DNA of 64,000 nt from contig CAWASG010000001.1 of NCBI GenBank assembly GCA_963784615.1, forward strand, positions 1,824,046 to 1,888,045, in the 5' to 3' direction. Position numbers and translations under genes: made by a program. Shown here one piece after another: positions 53,056 through 61,606 of the stretch. The stretch comes from an uncultured Gammaproteobacteria bacterium. GTDB lineage: Bacteria; Pseudomonadota; Gammaproteobacteria; Legionellales; Legionellaceae. The notes under the pieces are model-generated. The model did not search any database, was not told the DNA's origin, and worked only from the letters and a program-made list of their open reading frames with translations. Numbering within the stretch: the stretch's first letter is position 1; each line of letters begins with the position of its first letter.

Positions 53056-54701
53056 AAGCAATTAAACAATTTCTGCGATTACTCTATATTCAGCATATCC
53101 TGGCTAAAAACGGTCTTGAAAGGCTTATTGTGGATATCCATTTGTTCGCCCCCTTTCGTTTTGTTATCTACCTCAATCCATGGAATTGGTTTCGCCGCAT
53201 CCCTTTAACACGAGGGGAAGCACTGCGACAATCATTGGAACAGCTCGGGCCCTTATTCGTTAAGTTTGGCCAAGCGTTGTCAACGCGCCCGGATATTTTG
53301 CCAGAGGACATTGCGCTTGAATTATGTAAGCTGCATGATAGCGTCCCACCCTTTTCAAGCGAGAAGGCGCTGGAGATCATTGCGGCAACATACGGACAAT
53401 CTGCATGGGATGTGTTTGCTGAATTTGATATAAACCCCCTGGCCTCCGCTTCCATTGCGCAAGTGCATGCCGCGACATTGAAAACTGGGGAAGACGTGGT
53501 TGTCAAAATTTTACGTCCCGGCATGCGTGCGGTGATGGAGAATGATATTGGGTTATTAAAAAAAATCGCCAGTCTTGCCGAGCGGTATTGGAAGGAAAGT
53601 GCGCGCTTTAAACCGTGTGAGGTCGTGGCTGAATTTGAGCGTACCTTATTGAATGAACTGAATTTGCAGCGTGAGGCGGCGAATGGCAGCCAATTACGGC
53701 GAAATTTCAATGGGTCGCCGTTGTTGTATATCCCCGAAATGTATTGGGATTATGTGCGGCCGAATATTTTAGTGATGGAGCGCATCTACGGCATTCCGGT
53801 GTCGAGTATTGATCGCTTGCGTGCTCATGGTGTGAATATTAAAAAATTAGCCGAGACCGGCGTGGAGATTTTTTTCACGCAAGTGTTCCGCGACTGTTTT
53901 TTTCATGCGGATATGCATCCAGGTAATATTTTTGTGTCGCTAGAGCATCCTGAAGAGCCACAATACATGTGCGTTGATTTCGGTATTATTGGTACCCTCA
54001 ATGAGATGGATCAGCGGTATTTGGCAGAGAATTTACTGGCATTCTTTAATCGTGATTATCGGCGCGTGGCGCAGCTGCATATTGAATCGGGCTGGGTTGG
54101 GCGAGATGTGGCGGTTGAAGATTTTGAAAGTGCAATTCGCATGGTGTGTGAGCCGGTGTTTGAAAAACCACTCAAGGATATCTCGTTTGCTTTTTTGATA
54201 CTGCAATTGTTTCAGGTGGCACGACAGTACCATATGGAGGTTCAGCCTCGCTTGGTGCTATTGCAAAAAACATTACTGGCTGTAGAGGGCTTGGGGCGGC
54301 AGCTTGATCCTGATCTAGATTTGTGGTGCACCGCCAAACCGTTTCTGGAAAAATGGGTGCGAGAAAAAATCGGTTTCAAGACGTTCATTAAAAATTGCCG
54401 GGCAAATCTCCCCTTTGTAGTAGAGCAACTGCCGAACATGCCGCGGTTGTTGCATGATGTTTTAATGCAAATGAAAGCACAATCGATTCGCGACTTGCAG
54501 AATGCTTCACAGCCGAAGCAGGAAGAGACTAAAACTACACCGCAGTGGCGCAATGGTTTTGCTACGGGATTATTGATTGCCATGTCGGCGATTGCGGGTT
54601 TAAGCTATTTTAAGCTGGTGAATCAGCATGAATTAATGGTTGTTGCTGTTGGCATGGGCGCGCTGGGGGCGTTGGTGATGTTGTTGACCAGCCGTATTTA
54701 A
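53052..54701 (+). CDS. ubiB: ubiquinone biosynthesis regulatory protein kinase UbiB
   Basis: 549 aa ABC1/ADCK-type kinase domain (LGPLFVKFGQALSTRPDILP, HADMHPGNIFV) with a C-terminal TM. Confidence 0.93.
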   Translation: MKAIKQFLRLLYIQHILAKNGLERLIVDIHLFAPFRFVIYLNPWNWFRRIPLTRGEALRQSLEQLGPLFVKFGQALSTRPDILPEDIALELCKLHDSVPPFSSEKALEIIAATYGQSAWDVFAEFDINPLASASIAQVHAATLKTGEDVVVKILRPGMRAVMENDIGLLKKIASLAERYWKESARFKPCEVVAEFERTLLNELNLQREAANGSQLRRNFNGSPLLYIPEMYWDYVRPNILVMERIYGIPVSSIDRLRAHGVNIKKLAETGVEIFFTQVFRDCFFHADMHPGNIFVSLEHPEEPQYMCVDFGIIGTLNEMDQRYLAENLLAFFNRDYRRVAQLHIESGWVGRDVAVEDFESAIRMVCEPVFEKPLKDISFAFLILQLFQVARQYHMEVQPRLVLLQKTLLAVEGLGRQLDPDLDLWCTAKPFLEKWVREKIGFKTFIKNCRANLPFVVEQLPNMPRLLHDVLMQMKAQSIRDLQNASQPKQEETKTTPQWRNGFATGLLIAMSAIAGLSYFKLVNQHELMVVAVGMGALGALVMLLTSRI

Positions 54702-54769
54702 TCATTTTTTGTCATGATTCACCAGAACACGACGTTTGAAAGGTGCCGTATGTACGCGTAGTTTGAGTA

Positions 54770-54887
54770 CGTAGGTTCACCGCCATCAAGTTTAGGAAAT
54801 TAATCGGAGTAGGTTGGGTTGAGCGAGAGCGAAGCCCAACAAAATCGTCATGTTGGGCTTCGGCTTACCAGCCTCAACCCAACCTAC
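54770..54887. repeat. long-form REP with the GTAGGTTCACCGCC...TAATCGGAGTAGG leader, between ubiB and tatA
   Basis: Hybrid arms as at 40075. Confidence 0.9.
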
Positions 54888-54902
54888 ATCCAGGAGTTCA
54901 TC

Positions 54903-55064
54903 ATGGGTTTAAGTGGAATCAGTCCTTTGTCTTTATTGCTTATTTTATTGATTGTTGTGGTTTTGTTCGGCACAAACAAACTTAAAACGATTGGTAGTGA
55001 TTTAGGCGAAGCCGTGAAAAATTTTCGCCGCGCCCTGAATGATGATGGCGATAAGCCGTCATGA
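54903..55064 (+). CDS. tatA: twin-arginine translocase subunit TatA
   Basis: The track ORF (54819..) begins inside a REP element (MSESEAQQN...). True start is the ATG at 54903 after CAGGAG: MGLSGISPLSLLLILLIVVVLFGTNKLKTIGSDLGEAVKNFRRAL. Confidence 0.85.
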   Translation: MGLSGISPLSLLLILLIVVVLFGTNKLKTIGSDLGEAVKNFRRALNDDGDKPS

Positions 55065-55285
55065 GTACCGGTGAGCTTCTTCTCACCGCATTCATTGCAA
55101 TGCTGGTCTTTGGTCCCAATCAATTGCCTACCCTTGCACGTCAGCTAGGCGCGCTGATTAAACGGGTTAATGATTATAAACAGCAGTTGTTTTTATTCCT
55201 CGAAGCGCAAGGCCAGGAACACCAGTTACAGGACAATATAAAAAAAGCGGCTGAAGCGGATGAGAAATACAACTCCCGTCAATAA
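55061..55285 (+). CDS. tatB: twin-arginine translocase subunit TatB
   Basis: 74 aa, LLLTAFIAMLVFGPNQLPTLARQLGALIKRV. Overlaps the tatA stop. Confidence 0.75.
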   Translation: MSTGELLLTAFIAMLVFGPNQLPTLARQLGALIKRVNDYKQQLFLFLEAQGQEHQLQDNIKKAAEADEKYNSRQ

Positions 55286-55543
55286 AGAAATCCAAACAAC
55301 CACAACGGAATTTTATTTCCCATGCCATGCTCAATGTCATCGCCGGCCAAAAAGGCATGGTCTACATTTTGAATTTGTGACGTATTTTTTTTTGGTTGAT
55401 CTGAGGTCTTCATGGATCGCACTCCGAATTTATCGCATAAATATTAGTAATGCAATCCTAGTTTAGATGGTATTTTTTAGGAATGCAATCCGGCCTGCCG
55501 ATCGCCAGCAATTCTGCCGTAAAAGTAGATGCTCAGTAGGATC

Positions 55544-55666
55544 ACCCTCTTCCATTGATGGGAGAGGGTGCCCGACAGGGCGGGTGAGGGTAGTTTAAGT
55601 CGTCATGTTTTGATCTACCCTCATCCGCCCTGTCGGGCACCTTCTCCCGTCAACGGGAGAAGGAAC
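55544..55666. repeat. palindromic element D overlapping the tatC 3' end
   Basis: 28-bp arms GGGTGCCCGACAGGGCGGGTGAGGGTAG / CTACCCTCATCCGCCCTGTCGGGCACC, flanked by two small hairpins (CCCTCTTCC..GGAGAGGG and CCTTCTCCCGTCAACGGGAGAAGG). Confidence 0.8.
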
Positions 55667-56410
55667 TTCGTTGCTAGTGACGGTTCTACGGCGGGGAATT
55701 GCTAATCGACTACCTAGGCCCCTACAAAACCCACCCGATAATATAATGCCGAGTTCGTACAATAAACATAGCGGAATCGCTAGCGTTACTTGTGATAAAA
55801 CATCGGGTGGTGTGAGTAACATGCCGAGGATAAAGGCGGTGACTATCCAATAGGGGCGGGCTTTTTTCAATGTCGCGATGTTCATTATGCCGGTTTTGAC
55901 CAGTAATACACAGATCAATGGCACTTGAAAACACAGGCCGAATAACACCATCATTCGCAAGATAAACTCAATTGTGGTGGTAATTTCGGGCATAAACTGT
56001 ACGCCGAAGGGTACGGCGCTGACAAAAACGTGTAAGACAAAGGGTAATACGCCATAGAAGAAAAATAGGGCCCCCAGACAAAACAAGCCCGTGCTCAGAA
56101 CAATGGTGAAACCCAAGCCTCGACGCTCCTCTCGGTATAAGCCGGGCGCGGCAAATCGCCACCCATGAAATAAGGCCAGCGGTGTTGTTCCGAGTAACGC
56201 CAGATCGGCAGCGAGGGTTATCGGGATGAGTACCGGCGTGGTCATGTGGGTCGCTATCAAACTGTCTTTTTGTGGTAGCACCTGTAACAAGGGCGAGATG
56301 ATCACATGAAAGACGTCTGCAGAAAAGCTATAAAACAATAAAAATAACACGATGAACCACACCGCGATGATGATGCAGCGGCGACGTAATTCTAGAATAT
56401 GTTCAAGCAT
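55595..56410 (-). CDS. tatC: twin-arginine translocase subunit TatC (inverted relative to tatAB; the C-terminal about 23 aa are encoded by palindromic element D)
   Basis: 271 aa, six-TM TatC (LEHILELRRRCIIIAVWF...). It lies on the opposite strand, convergent with tatA-tatB. The tail ...VPSPVDGRRCPTGRMRVDQNMTT is a translation of the 55544..55666 palindrome. Confidence 0.85.
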   Translation of the reverse strand: MLEHILELRRRCIIIAVWFIVLFLLFYSFSADVFHVIISPLLQVLPQKDSLIATHMTTPVLIPITLAADLALLGTTPLALFHGWRFAAPGLYREERRGLGFTIVLSTGLFCLGALFFFYGVLPFVLHVFVSAVPFGVQFMPEITTTIEFILRMMVLFGLCFQVPLICVLLVKTGIMNIATLKKARPYWIVTAFILGMLLTPPDVLSQVTLAIPLCLLYELGIILSGGFCRGLGSRLAIPRRRTVTSNEVPSPVDGRRCPTGRMRVDQNMTT

Positions 56411-56431
56411 AACAGCAAACCTTGTGTTGAA

Positions 56432-56523
56432 GTAGGTTGGGTTGAGGCCCCAAGGCCGAAGCCCAACATCGATACCACGGAGCCGTTGTTGGGCTTCGGC
56501 CTTGGGGCCTCAACCCAACCTAC
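56432..56523. repeat. REP-like palindrome (GGCCCCAAGGCCGAAG subtype) upstream of tatC
   Basis: Full copy. Confidence 0.9.
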
Positions 56524-57308
56524 GCGATACTGTCTTGCACGCAACGAATAATCTCATCAATATCACCGTCCAATGGCAATACATGTGCGGAATGCTCCAG
56601 CCAGTGGATGTGGGCATTGGGTAGGCCGGCAAATTGGGCGGCGATATTGCTGGAGGGTACCACTTCGTCATAGCGACCGAGAAACACATCTGTTGGGCAC
56701 GTTGGGGGCTTGAATTGAAACGCGCGAATCAATGTTAAAATTTCGATGATTTGCCGCACCGGGAGTAGACGATAAGACAGCTCGGGATGGCCTTTTGTTA
56801 GCAGGTTGCCAGCACGATTGGGTATATTTCGCAGTCCGATGGCATGCAGAACACGGGCGGCGAATAACGTCAGGGGCACATTCACACAAACGGACAGTGC
56901 CGGCGCCAGTAGAAACAGATGATTCAAGCGAAACCGGCTGCTCAAATGACAGGCTAACAGCCCGCCTAATGATAGGCCCATCACATCAACCGCGCGATAT
57001 TCTTCAACTAACTGTTCGCAGTTTCGCTCCGCGCAATCAAGCCAATCCGCGGCGCGCGCCTGGGTAAAAGCGGCTACGCTATCACCATGCCCGGGAAGTG
57101 CTGGGCAAATGACGCGGTCGTACATGGTGAACGCCGGCAGCAGCCGGCGATACACGGCAGGGGATGATGAAAATCCATGTAACAATAATAAAGCCCGGTT
57201 CTGACCCTCGCCTTTGATGTCAATCGGCGCCAGCAACCCCGCATCCGCAGCTGCCAATGCGCCTACCCGCGCACCTCGGTGCATATAGAGAAAATCATCG
57301 TGTTTCAT
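56520..57308 (-). CDS. alpha/beta-hydrolase fold esterase/lipase
   Basis: 262 aa with LLLLHGFSSSP, a GLSLGG nucleophile elbow and a C-terminal HSAH. Confidence 0.75.
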   Translation of the reverse strand: MKHDDFLYMHRGARVGALAAADAGLLAPIDIKGEGQNRALLLLHGFSSSPAVYRRLLPAFTMYDRVICPALPGHGDSVAAFTQARAADWLDCAERNCEQLVEEYRAVDVMGLSLGGLLACHLSSRFRLNHLFLLAPALSVCVNVPLTLFAARVLHAIGLRNIPNRAGNLLTKGHPELSYRLLPVRQIIEILTLIRAFQFKPPTCPTDVFLGRYDEVVPSSNIAAQFAGLPNAHIHWLEHSAHVLPLDGDIDEIIRCVQDSIA

Positions 57309-57405
57309 GAGCCCGTCCCAATGATGAGTTTGATTTTTAGAGTATGCTTATTTTTGTACTATAATGAAAGGTAAGAACATCATTAATTTTGTAAGGAGAA
57401 TGATT

Positions 57406-57978
57406 ATGGTCCCTAATCCCAATGACGTCCCTGGTGCTCGTCCCCTAACCCCGTCTGCCGCTCCTGCTCCTGCTCCTGCTGCTGCCGCTCCTGCTGCTGC
57501 CACCACCGCTGCTGTCACCACCGCTGCTGCTGCCGCCGCTCCTGCTGCTGCCACCACCGCTGCTGTCACCACCGCTGCTGCTGCCGCCGCTCCTGCACCT
57601 CCCCTTACACCGCGAGAAAGATGGGATAAAATAAATAAGGCGGAGAGAGATGCAACAAAAAAAAACCCGGGTACTACTCCTGGCGATATATTAAATGATA
57701 TATTCAAGATGGCCCCGCATGCGGCAAAAAATGCTGTTGAGGCTGTCAAAGAGGCTCCGGGTAATATCATAGAGTCTATCCGAAATGCTCCGAAAAATGT
57801 AAAAAATGCTATTAATTCAGTCGCCACCAAAGTTAATTCGTCAGCTGCGAAAGTTAGTGCCGTGGCTGGTGCTATAAACAAGGCCAATGCCGCGCGTCGC
57901 CTTGCGAGCAATATGAAGCAGCCAGCGAATACCAGCATCAAACCACCAGGCGCAAGCCCTAAAGGTCCCCAACCTTGA
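57406..57978 (+). CDS. low-complexity Ala/Thr/Pro-repeat protein followed by a Lys/Asn/Ala-rich helical C-terminal half
   Basis: A TATAAT box at about 57360 is followed by AGGAG and an ATG at 57406. Two exact 17-aa repeats (APAAATTAAVTTAAAAA) are encoded by a 51-bp tandem DNA repeat. The opposite-strand ORF (57348..57941) is the GC-rich mirror and was rejected. Confidence 0.6.
   Translation: MVPNPNDVPGARPLTPSAAPAPAPAAAAPAAATTAAVTTAAAAAAPAAATTAAVTTAAAAAAPAPPLTPRERWDKINKAERDATKKNPGTTPGDILNDIFKMAPHAAKNAVEAVKEAPGNIIESIRNAPKNVKNAINSVATKVNSSAAKVSAVAGAINKANAARRLASNMKQPANTSIKPPGASPKGPQP
57486..57587 (+). repeat. 51-bp exact tandem duplication (GC-rich) within the Ala/Thr/Pro-rich gene
   Basis: GCTCCTGCTGCTGCCACCACCGCTGCTGTCACCACCGCTGCTGCTGCCGCC, two copies. 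Confidence 0.9.
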
Positions 57979-58108
57979 TGACACCCAAAATATTGAGGTT
58001 TGGGCGCATTTTTTAATGATAAATTCCTCGCGTCGATGCGGCGCGTAAACCGGTTGACGTACGGATATCGCTTGGTGATTTAGAGAGTCGCGTGCGTCAA
58101 CCAGATTT

Positions 58109-58175
58109 TGTTGGGCTTCGCTCTCGCTCAACCCAACCTACTCCGATTAACTCCCTTACTTAATGGCCAGCGAGG
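58109..58175. repeat. half REP plus inverted copy of the long-form leader
   Basis: GTTGGGCTTCGCTCTCGCTCAACCCAACCTAC followed by CTCCGATTAACTCCCTTACTTAATGGC (the reverse complement of the leader). Confidence 0.8.
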
Positions 58176-58184
58176 TTACGGAGT

Positions 58185-59201
58185 TCAATTGTCTTGCATC
58201 AACTTATGCGGCAAGCTTTCTATACGTCCAGCTTGTGTCACCAGTACGTAGTTTAATTTCCGCTGCAATTCGCTGATGGAATCGGCTCCTGCATAAGTTA
58301 AGCCGGAACGCAAACCACCAACGATGTCAGCAATAATACCTTCCTGTGCTGCGCGGTAAGGTACTTCGGTTGAAACCCCTTCGGCGGTTTTCCATTCATG
58401 CATTTGCCCGAGGAAGTCTTCCTGTGCTTCGCGCGATGCCATGCCGCGGTAGAATTTGACTTGTGAACCGTCTTCTTTCGTTATGATTTCACCCGGTGTG
58501 GACTCTGTGCCCGCAAGCATGCCGCCAATCATGACAAAATCAGCGCCAAAGGCCAGGGCTTTAACGATGTCACCAGAGGTGCGAATGCCGCCGTCAGCAA
58601 CAATGGAGCGATCGGAGCGCGCGCAATCCTGGATGCAGGTCAGCATGGGAATACCGAAGCCGGTTTTAATTCGCGTACTGCAAACTGAGCCGCCGCCGAT
58701 GCCGGCTTTGATGATATCGGCACCGCAAGACGCCAGGTAATCCGCGCCCGCATAGGTCGCGACGTTGCCGGCCATAATGCAGCGGTCGCCAAGTAATTGT
58801 CGCAGGCTTTTTAAGGTTTTGCCGACGTATTTTGCATGTGCATGCGCTACGTCTACGCAAAAGAAATCCGCGCCGCCATCACGCAAGGCTTCGGCGCGTT
58901 CCAGTTCTGCGGCTGTGCAGCCGATGGAAACAAACGTCTGGCCTTTGCAGGCTTTGAATTCTTTGAGATTGTCTTCGATGGTTAAAAAGCGATGCAAGAC
59001 ACCAATGCCGCCTTTACTGTACATGAAATTCGCCATCCCGCTTTCGGTGACGGTGTCCATGTTGGAGCTCATGACGGGTAAAGATAACGTCAGTTTGTTT
59101 AAACGATCGGTTGAGCTGATATCAACCACGCGTCGAGATTCATGATGATTGTAGGCGGGAATGAGTAACACATCATCAAATGTAATTGCTTGTATAGACA
59201 T
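58185..59201 (-). CDS. guaC: GMP reductase / IMPDH-family oxidoreductase without CBS insert
   Basis: 338 aa TIM-barrel with FDDVLLIPA, GIGGGSVCSTR and a catalytic Cys. Same length and layout as E. coli GuaC. Confidence 0.8.
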   Translation of the reverse strand: MSIQAITFDDVLLIPAYNHHESRRVVDISSTDRLNKLTLSLPVMSSNMDTVTESGMANFMYSKGGIGVLHRFLTIEDNLKEFKACKGQTFVSIGCTAAELERAEALRDGGADFFCVDVAHAHAKYVGKTLKSLRQLLGDRCIMAGNVATYAGADYLASCGADIIKAGIGGGSVCSTRIKTGFGIPMLTCIQDCARSDRSIVADGGIRTSGDIVKALAFGADFVMIGGMLAGTESTPGEIITKEDGSQVKFYRGMASREAQEDFLGQMHEWKTAEGVSTEVPYRAAQEGIIADIVGGLRSGLTYAGADSISELQRKLNYVLVTQAGRIESLPHKLMQDN

Positions 59202-59379
59202 AATAAACCTTCATCTTGAGTTTGGACTGAACCGCATGAAAAAGACGCATGTAGTTCAGTCTAAAAATAATTGGCCAAGTTTAATCGAGGGTTTGAATTT
59301 AATATCCCCGGTTAATCGCGAATAAAAAAACGATATACTGCGCAGTATAATACCGCCCTACAACACTATTTGTACAGTG

Positions 59380-59415
59380 CCGCATGAGTCTTTTTTCATG
59401 CGGCACTGTACAAAC
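59380..59415. promoter_or_regulatory. perfect 17-bp hairpin with a GTCTTTTT loop, immediately after the PhoH2 gene stop
   Basis: TGTACAGTGCCGCATGA-GTCTTTTT-TCATGCGGCACTGTACA. The T-run is in the loop, not 3' of the stem, so this is not a canonical terminator. Adjacent is the ATACTGCGCAGTAT perfect palindrome (59334-59347) overlapping a TATAAT. Confidence 0.6.
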
Positions 59416-60819
59416 TTACAAATGCTCGGCGGCATAATATGCAAGCCTTGATCGTTCTCCACGCGTTAACGTCATGTGGGCGCTGTAGTCCCAATGCTTG
59501 AATCGATCTACGGCAAACGTCAATCCTGACGTGGTTTCACTCAAATAAGGCGTGTCAATTTGCTTGATATCGCCCAAGCAAATAATTTTACTGCCAGGGC
59601 CTGCACGTGTGACTAATGTTTTGATTTGTTTTGACGTGAGGTTTTGTGATTCATCGATAATGATATAGCGATTTAAAAACGTGCGTCCGCGCATAAAATT
59701 CAGTGAGCGGATTTTAATTTTATTTTGTAGCAAGTCCGCGGTGGCTGCGCGGCCAAAGTTGCCGCCCTCTTGTACGCCTTGCAGTACCTCAAGGTTATCC
59801 ATGAGCGCGCCCATCCATGGCGTCATTTTTTCTTCTTCTGTGCCGGGTAAAAAGCCAATGTCTTCGCCGACAGGGATAGTGACTCGGGTCATTAAGATTT
59901 CACTATAACGCCTGTGGTCGAGAACCTGGTTTAATCCCGCTGCAATCGTTAGCAGCGTCTTCCCGGTTCCGGCGGATCCTTGCAGTGTCACGAAATCAAT
60001 ATCTGGGTCTAATAATAAATTCAGCGCAAAATTCTGCTCACGGTTGCGCGCAGTAATCCCCCAAATAGCATGTTTGGGCTCGGTGTAATTGCGTGCCATT
60101 TCGACGGTGGCTTTATTGCCGACTACTTTTTTGACAATGGCTTGAAATTGATTGTCATGTGTACTGATACAGTCATTGGGGTTCCAGTGTTGCGTAAATG
60201 CACCACTCAGAGAATAAAACGTCCGTCCCGTTTCTTGCCAAGCTTCAACGGTCTTTGCCTGCGTTGACCAAAAATCGTTATCGACTAAATGCAGCCCGCT
60301 GTGGAGTAAATTGACGTCATCCAACACTTGATCATTATAATAATCTTCGGCGGGAATGCCTAAGATACCGGCTTTAATTCTGAGGTTAATGTCTTTCGAG
60401 ACAATGACAACCAATCGATCCGTTAATTTTTTTTGTAACCCTATCGCGGTTGCCAAAATGCTGTTGTCGGCTTTGTGCCCGGGCAGTGATGCCGGAAGCA
60501 GTTGATCAAAATCGCCGGTTTGGAAAAACAAACGGCCATGGGGTTTAACGTCCTGACCGGATAAAAAACTGGGAATGGGTAGCCCTGCGGAAATGTCTTG
60601 ATGGGTCGCGTTCGTCATCAATCCCACCAGAATTCGATTGGTTTGGCGTACATTCTGCGCAACTTCAGAGAGACCGGTTTTGTGGGCATCCAGCTCTTCA
60701 AGCACCACCATCGGCAAATAAATATCATGCTCTTCAAAACGGTAAATGGCCGTTGGATCATGCATTAAAATATTGGTATCCAGAACAAACAACCTGTGCT
60801 CTTTACTCGCTCTTTCCAT
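59416..60819 (-). CDS. PhoH2-type protein (N-terminal PIN domain fused to a PhoH-like ATPase)
   Basis: 467 aa: a PIN domain (LFVLDTNILMHD) followed by a P-loop (LQGSAGTGKTLL). Confidence 0.85.
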   Translation of the reverse strand: MERASKEHRLFVLDTNILMHDPTAIYRFEEHDIYLPMVVLEELDAHKTGLSEVAQNVRQTNRILVGLMTNATHQDISAGLPIPSFLSGQDVKPHGRLFFQTGDFDQLLPASLPGHKADNSILATAIGLQKKLTDRLVVIVSKDINLRIKAGILGIPAEDYYNDQVLDDVNLLHSGLHLVDNDFWSTQAKTVEAWQETGRTFYSLSGAFTQHWNPNDCISTHDNQFQAIVKKVVGNKATVEMARNYTEPKHAIWGITARNREQNFALNLLLDPDIDFVTLQGSAGTGKTLLTIAAGLNQVLDHRRYSEILMTRVTIPVGEDIGFLPGTEEEKMTPWMGALMDNLEVLQGVQEGGNFGRAATADLLQNKIKIRSLNFMRGRTFLNRYIIIDESQNLTSKQIKTLVTRAGPGSKIICLGDIKQIDTPYLSETTSGLTFAVDRFKHWDYSAHMTLTRGERSRLAYYAAEHL

Positions 60820-61005
60820 GTGGTATCCCTATTCAAATCGTTTGGAAGCAGTTTTTTTATTGTGATGAGTCTCGCTTGAGGCGTCAAGTCGTTTATTCTC
60901 TAGTTTGCCTTACAATTTCATTACAGAAACCTGCATTCTTTTGGTTCACTTCCAAAAAGAGTTGTGGTAGTATGCCCAAGATTTTTCTAACTTTGGAGTA
61001 CAATC

Positions 61006-61515
61006 ATGGCAGATCACGATCTAGAAAACGCACAAGAAAGCTCAGAAGCCGCAGTCAGACCCACAGTAAAAATTATGCAATATTGGAAGACTGCATTAGC
61101 GGCGCTAGCTACTGTAGGTGCCATAGCTACATGTATCTATTTTCCACCAGCAGCTCTTTTTCTTTCGCCAGCGGTTGAATTTCTAGCAGGAAGCATGAGT
61201 TTTGCCGGTATTTGGGCTGGATTCGCTGCATTTGGAACAGTTGTTGCCGGTGTTGCTGCACTGACCTTTGGTGTGACTCGTTTATTGTTAGAAGGCTTTG
61301 AAGCTTTGGTGAATACATGCTGTGCTGGTACTGAGCCAGAAAACGAAGAAAACGATGTCAATGTTGACGACAATTCTGCGCCTGTTGAGAACAAAGAACT
61401 GGACGGTCAAGAGCTTCAAGCTCCAGTTGTTCACAGAGGTCCTCTGGGTGCTCCTGCTGCTGCTGTCCTTATTCCTGTTCCCAATGAAGAACAAGCTGCA
61501 TCACTAGGCTTGTAA
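61006..61515 (+). CDS. hypothetical membrane protein with an acidic C-terminal tail
   Basis: 169 aa with two to three TM helices and an E/D-rich tail. It has its own RBS (GGAG) and is followed by a canonical intrinsic terminator. Confidence 0.55.
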   Translation: MADHDLENAQESSEAAVRPTVKIMQYWKTALAALATVGAIATCIYFPPAALFLSPAVEFLAGSMSFAGIWAGFAAFGTVVAGVAALTFGVTRLLLEGFEALVNTCCAGTEPENEENDVNVDDNSAPVENKELDGQELQAPVVHRGPLGAPAAAVLIPVPNEEQAASLGL

Positions 61516-61582
61516 AAGCGCTTATCGGTCGAACCCGCGGCCTGTCCCGCGGGTTCCAAGTGACTGGTAATCTCAGTAGTTT

Positions 61583-61606
61583 AACGCGGCCTTGGCCGCG
61601 TTTTTT
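61583..61606 (+). terminator. rho-independent terminator of the 61006..61515 gene
   Basis: AACGCGGCCTTGGCCGCG followed by TTTTTT. A 10-bp GC hairpin precedes it at 61531-61556. Confidence 0.8.

Noticed and set aside
54819-54902. MSESEAQQN... N-terminal extensions (also 6130..6648 N-terminus, 57841..58131 minus strand) and GLRLTSLNPTY-containing ORFs (27430..27636, 40106 start)
   Set aside because: These peptides are the translations of the REP palindrome arms and recur wherever a REP copy lies. The true starts of tatA, atpI and the DUF58 gene are downstream ATGs with RBS.
57348-57941. Minus-strand 197-aa ORF opposite the Ala/Thr/Pro-rich gene
   Set aside because: It is the mirror frame of a GC-rich tandem repeat (GCN codons read as poly-Ala on both strands). 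Promoter, RBS and start context support the plus strand only.
59372-59415. Hairpin after the PhoH2 gene as a rho-independent terminator
   Set aside because: The T-run lies in the loop rather than 3' of the stem on either strand, so it does not fit the intrinsic terminator model. It is kept as a hairpin motif of unknown function.
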